In this document: positions 62,283 through 64,000 of the stretch, piece after piece
Layout: the number at the start of each line of letters is the position of its first letter
Position numbering within the stretch: position 1 is the first letter of the stretch
Assembly (NCBI GenBank): GCA_012295275.1
Contig: CM022668.1
Coordinates: forward strand, 15,996,001-16,060,000
DNA from: Chrysomallon squamiferum
Lineage: Eukaryota; Animalia; Mollusca
DNA: 64,000 bases
Direction of reading: 5' to 3'
Notes under the pieces: model-generated
Told to the model about the DNA's origin: nothing
The model's input: only the letters and a program-made list of their open reading frames with translations
Database searches by the model: none
Translations under genes and position numbers: made by a program

Positions 62283-64000
62283 TCTGTGAAAGTATGTAAA
62301 CTAAATACTTACTCTGATGTACTGTATGAGAGTACGTAAACTAAATTCTTTCTCTGATGTACTGTATGAAAGTATGTAAACTAAATTCTTTCTCTGATGT
62401 ACTGTATGAAAGTAGGTAAACTAAATACTTACTCTGACGTACTGTATGAGAGTACGTAAACTAAATACTTACTCTGATGTACTGTATGAAAGTAGGTAAA
62501 CTAAATACTTACTCTGACGTACTGTATGAGAGTACGTAAACTAAATACTTACTCTGACGTACTGTATGAAAGTAGGTAAACTAAATACTTACTCTGACGT
62601 ACTGTATGAAAAGTAGGTAAACTAAATACTTACTCTGATGTACTGTATGAAAGTAGGTAAACTAAATTCTTTCTCTGATGTACTGTATGAAAGTAGGTAA
62701 ACTAAATTCTTTCTCTGATGTACTGTATGAAAGTAGGTAAACTAAATACTTACTCTGACGTACTGTATGAGAGTACGTAAACTAAATACTTACTCTGACG
62801 TACTGTATGAAAGTAGGTAAACTAAATACTTACTCTGACGTACTGTATGAAAAGTAGGTAAACTAAATACTTACTCTGATGTACTGTATGAAAGTAGGTA
62901 AACTAAATTCTTTCTCTGATGTACTGTATGAAAGTAGGTAAACTAAATTCTTTCTCTGATGTACTGTATGAAAGTAGGTAAACTAAATACTTACTCTGAT
63001 GTACTGTATGAAAGTAGGTAAACTAAATACTTTCTCTGATGTACTGTATGAAAGTAGGTAAACTAAATTCTTTCTCTGATGTACTGTATGAAAGTAGGTA
63101 AACTAAATACTTACTCTGATGTACTGTATGAAAGTAGGTAAACTAAATACTTACTCTGATGTACTGTATGAAAGTACGTAAACTAAATACTTACTCTGAT
63201 GTACTGTATTAAAGTACGTAAACTACTTACTCTGATGTACTGTATGAAAGTAGGTAAACTAAATACTTACTCTGATGTACTGTATGAAAGTACGTAAACT
63301 AAATACTTACTCTGATGTACTGTATGAAAGTACGTAAACTAAATACTTACTCTGATGTACTGTATGAGAGTACGTAAACTAAATACTTACTCTGATGTAC
63401 TGTATGAAAGTATGTAAACTAAATTCTTTCTCTGATGTACTGTATGAAAGTAGGTAAACTAAATACTTACTCTGACGTACTGTATGAGAGTACGTAAACT
63501 AAATACTTACTCTGATGTACTGTATGAAAGTAGGTAAACTAAATACTTACTCTGACGTACTGTATGAGAGTACGTAAACTAAATACTTACTCTGACGTAC
63601 TGTATGAAAGTAGGTAAACTAAATACTTACTCTGACGTACTGTATGAAAGTAGGTAAACTAAATACTTACTCTGATGTACTGTGTATGAAAGTAGGTAAA
63701 CTAAATTCTTTCTCTGATGTACTGTATGAAAGTAGGTAAACTAAATTCTTTCTCTGATGTACTGTATGAAAGTAGGTAAACTAAATTCTTTCTCTGATGT
63801 AAAGGTAAACTAAATACTTACTCTGACGTACTGTATGAAAGTAGGTAAACTAAATACTTACTCTGACGTACTGTATGAAAGTAGGTAAACTAAATACTTA
63901 CTCTCTGACGTACTGTATGAAAAGTAGGTAAACTAAATACTTACTCTGATGTACTGTATGAAAGTAGGTAAACTAAATTCTTTCTCTGATGTACTGTATG
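62283..64000. repeat. Tandem minisatellite, 40-bp unit, more than 40 copies, running off the window end
   Basis: Unit tactgtatgaaagtaggtaaactaaatacttactctga(t/c)g, with variants (gagtacgt; ttctttctct). There are no unique spacers. Confidence 0.96.

Noticed and set aside
62283-64000. Possible CRISPR-like array
   Set aside because: Units are head-to-tail with no unique spacers, there are no cas genes, and the context is a eukaryotic intron. It is a minisatellite.

Overview
AT-rich, microsatellite-dense eukaryotic DNA, most likely a mollusc and probably a gastropod (inferred from gene content and a tRNA-type SINE recalled from gastropod genomes). I reconstructed spliced genes by hand from GT-AG sites and reading frames. 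In order they are: DAP1 (-), innexin (-), a flavin-containing monooxygenase (+), an unrecognised gene of many short exons (-), an unrecognised secreted six-cysteine-domain gene with a duplicated terminal exon (+), a divergent PRIM2-like gene with a very large repeat insertion (+), a C1q-domain gene (+), and the 3' part of a CCAP/NPS-type GPCR (-). Most notable: three unrelated tandem arrays (51, 61 and 40 bp units) each appear to amplify an exon/intron junction of their host gene. Also notable are the unrecognised C-x5-C-x14-17-CC-x20-C-x-C domain, the atypical primase large subunit, and a cluster of perfect CRE palindromes at the 3' end of the GPCR. Most short ORFs in the track are microsatellite artefacts. 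No database searches were possible, so family assignments rest on recalled motifs.
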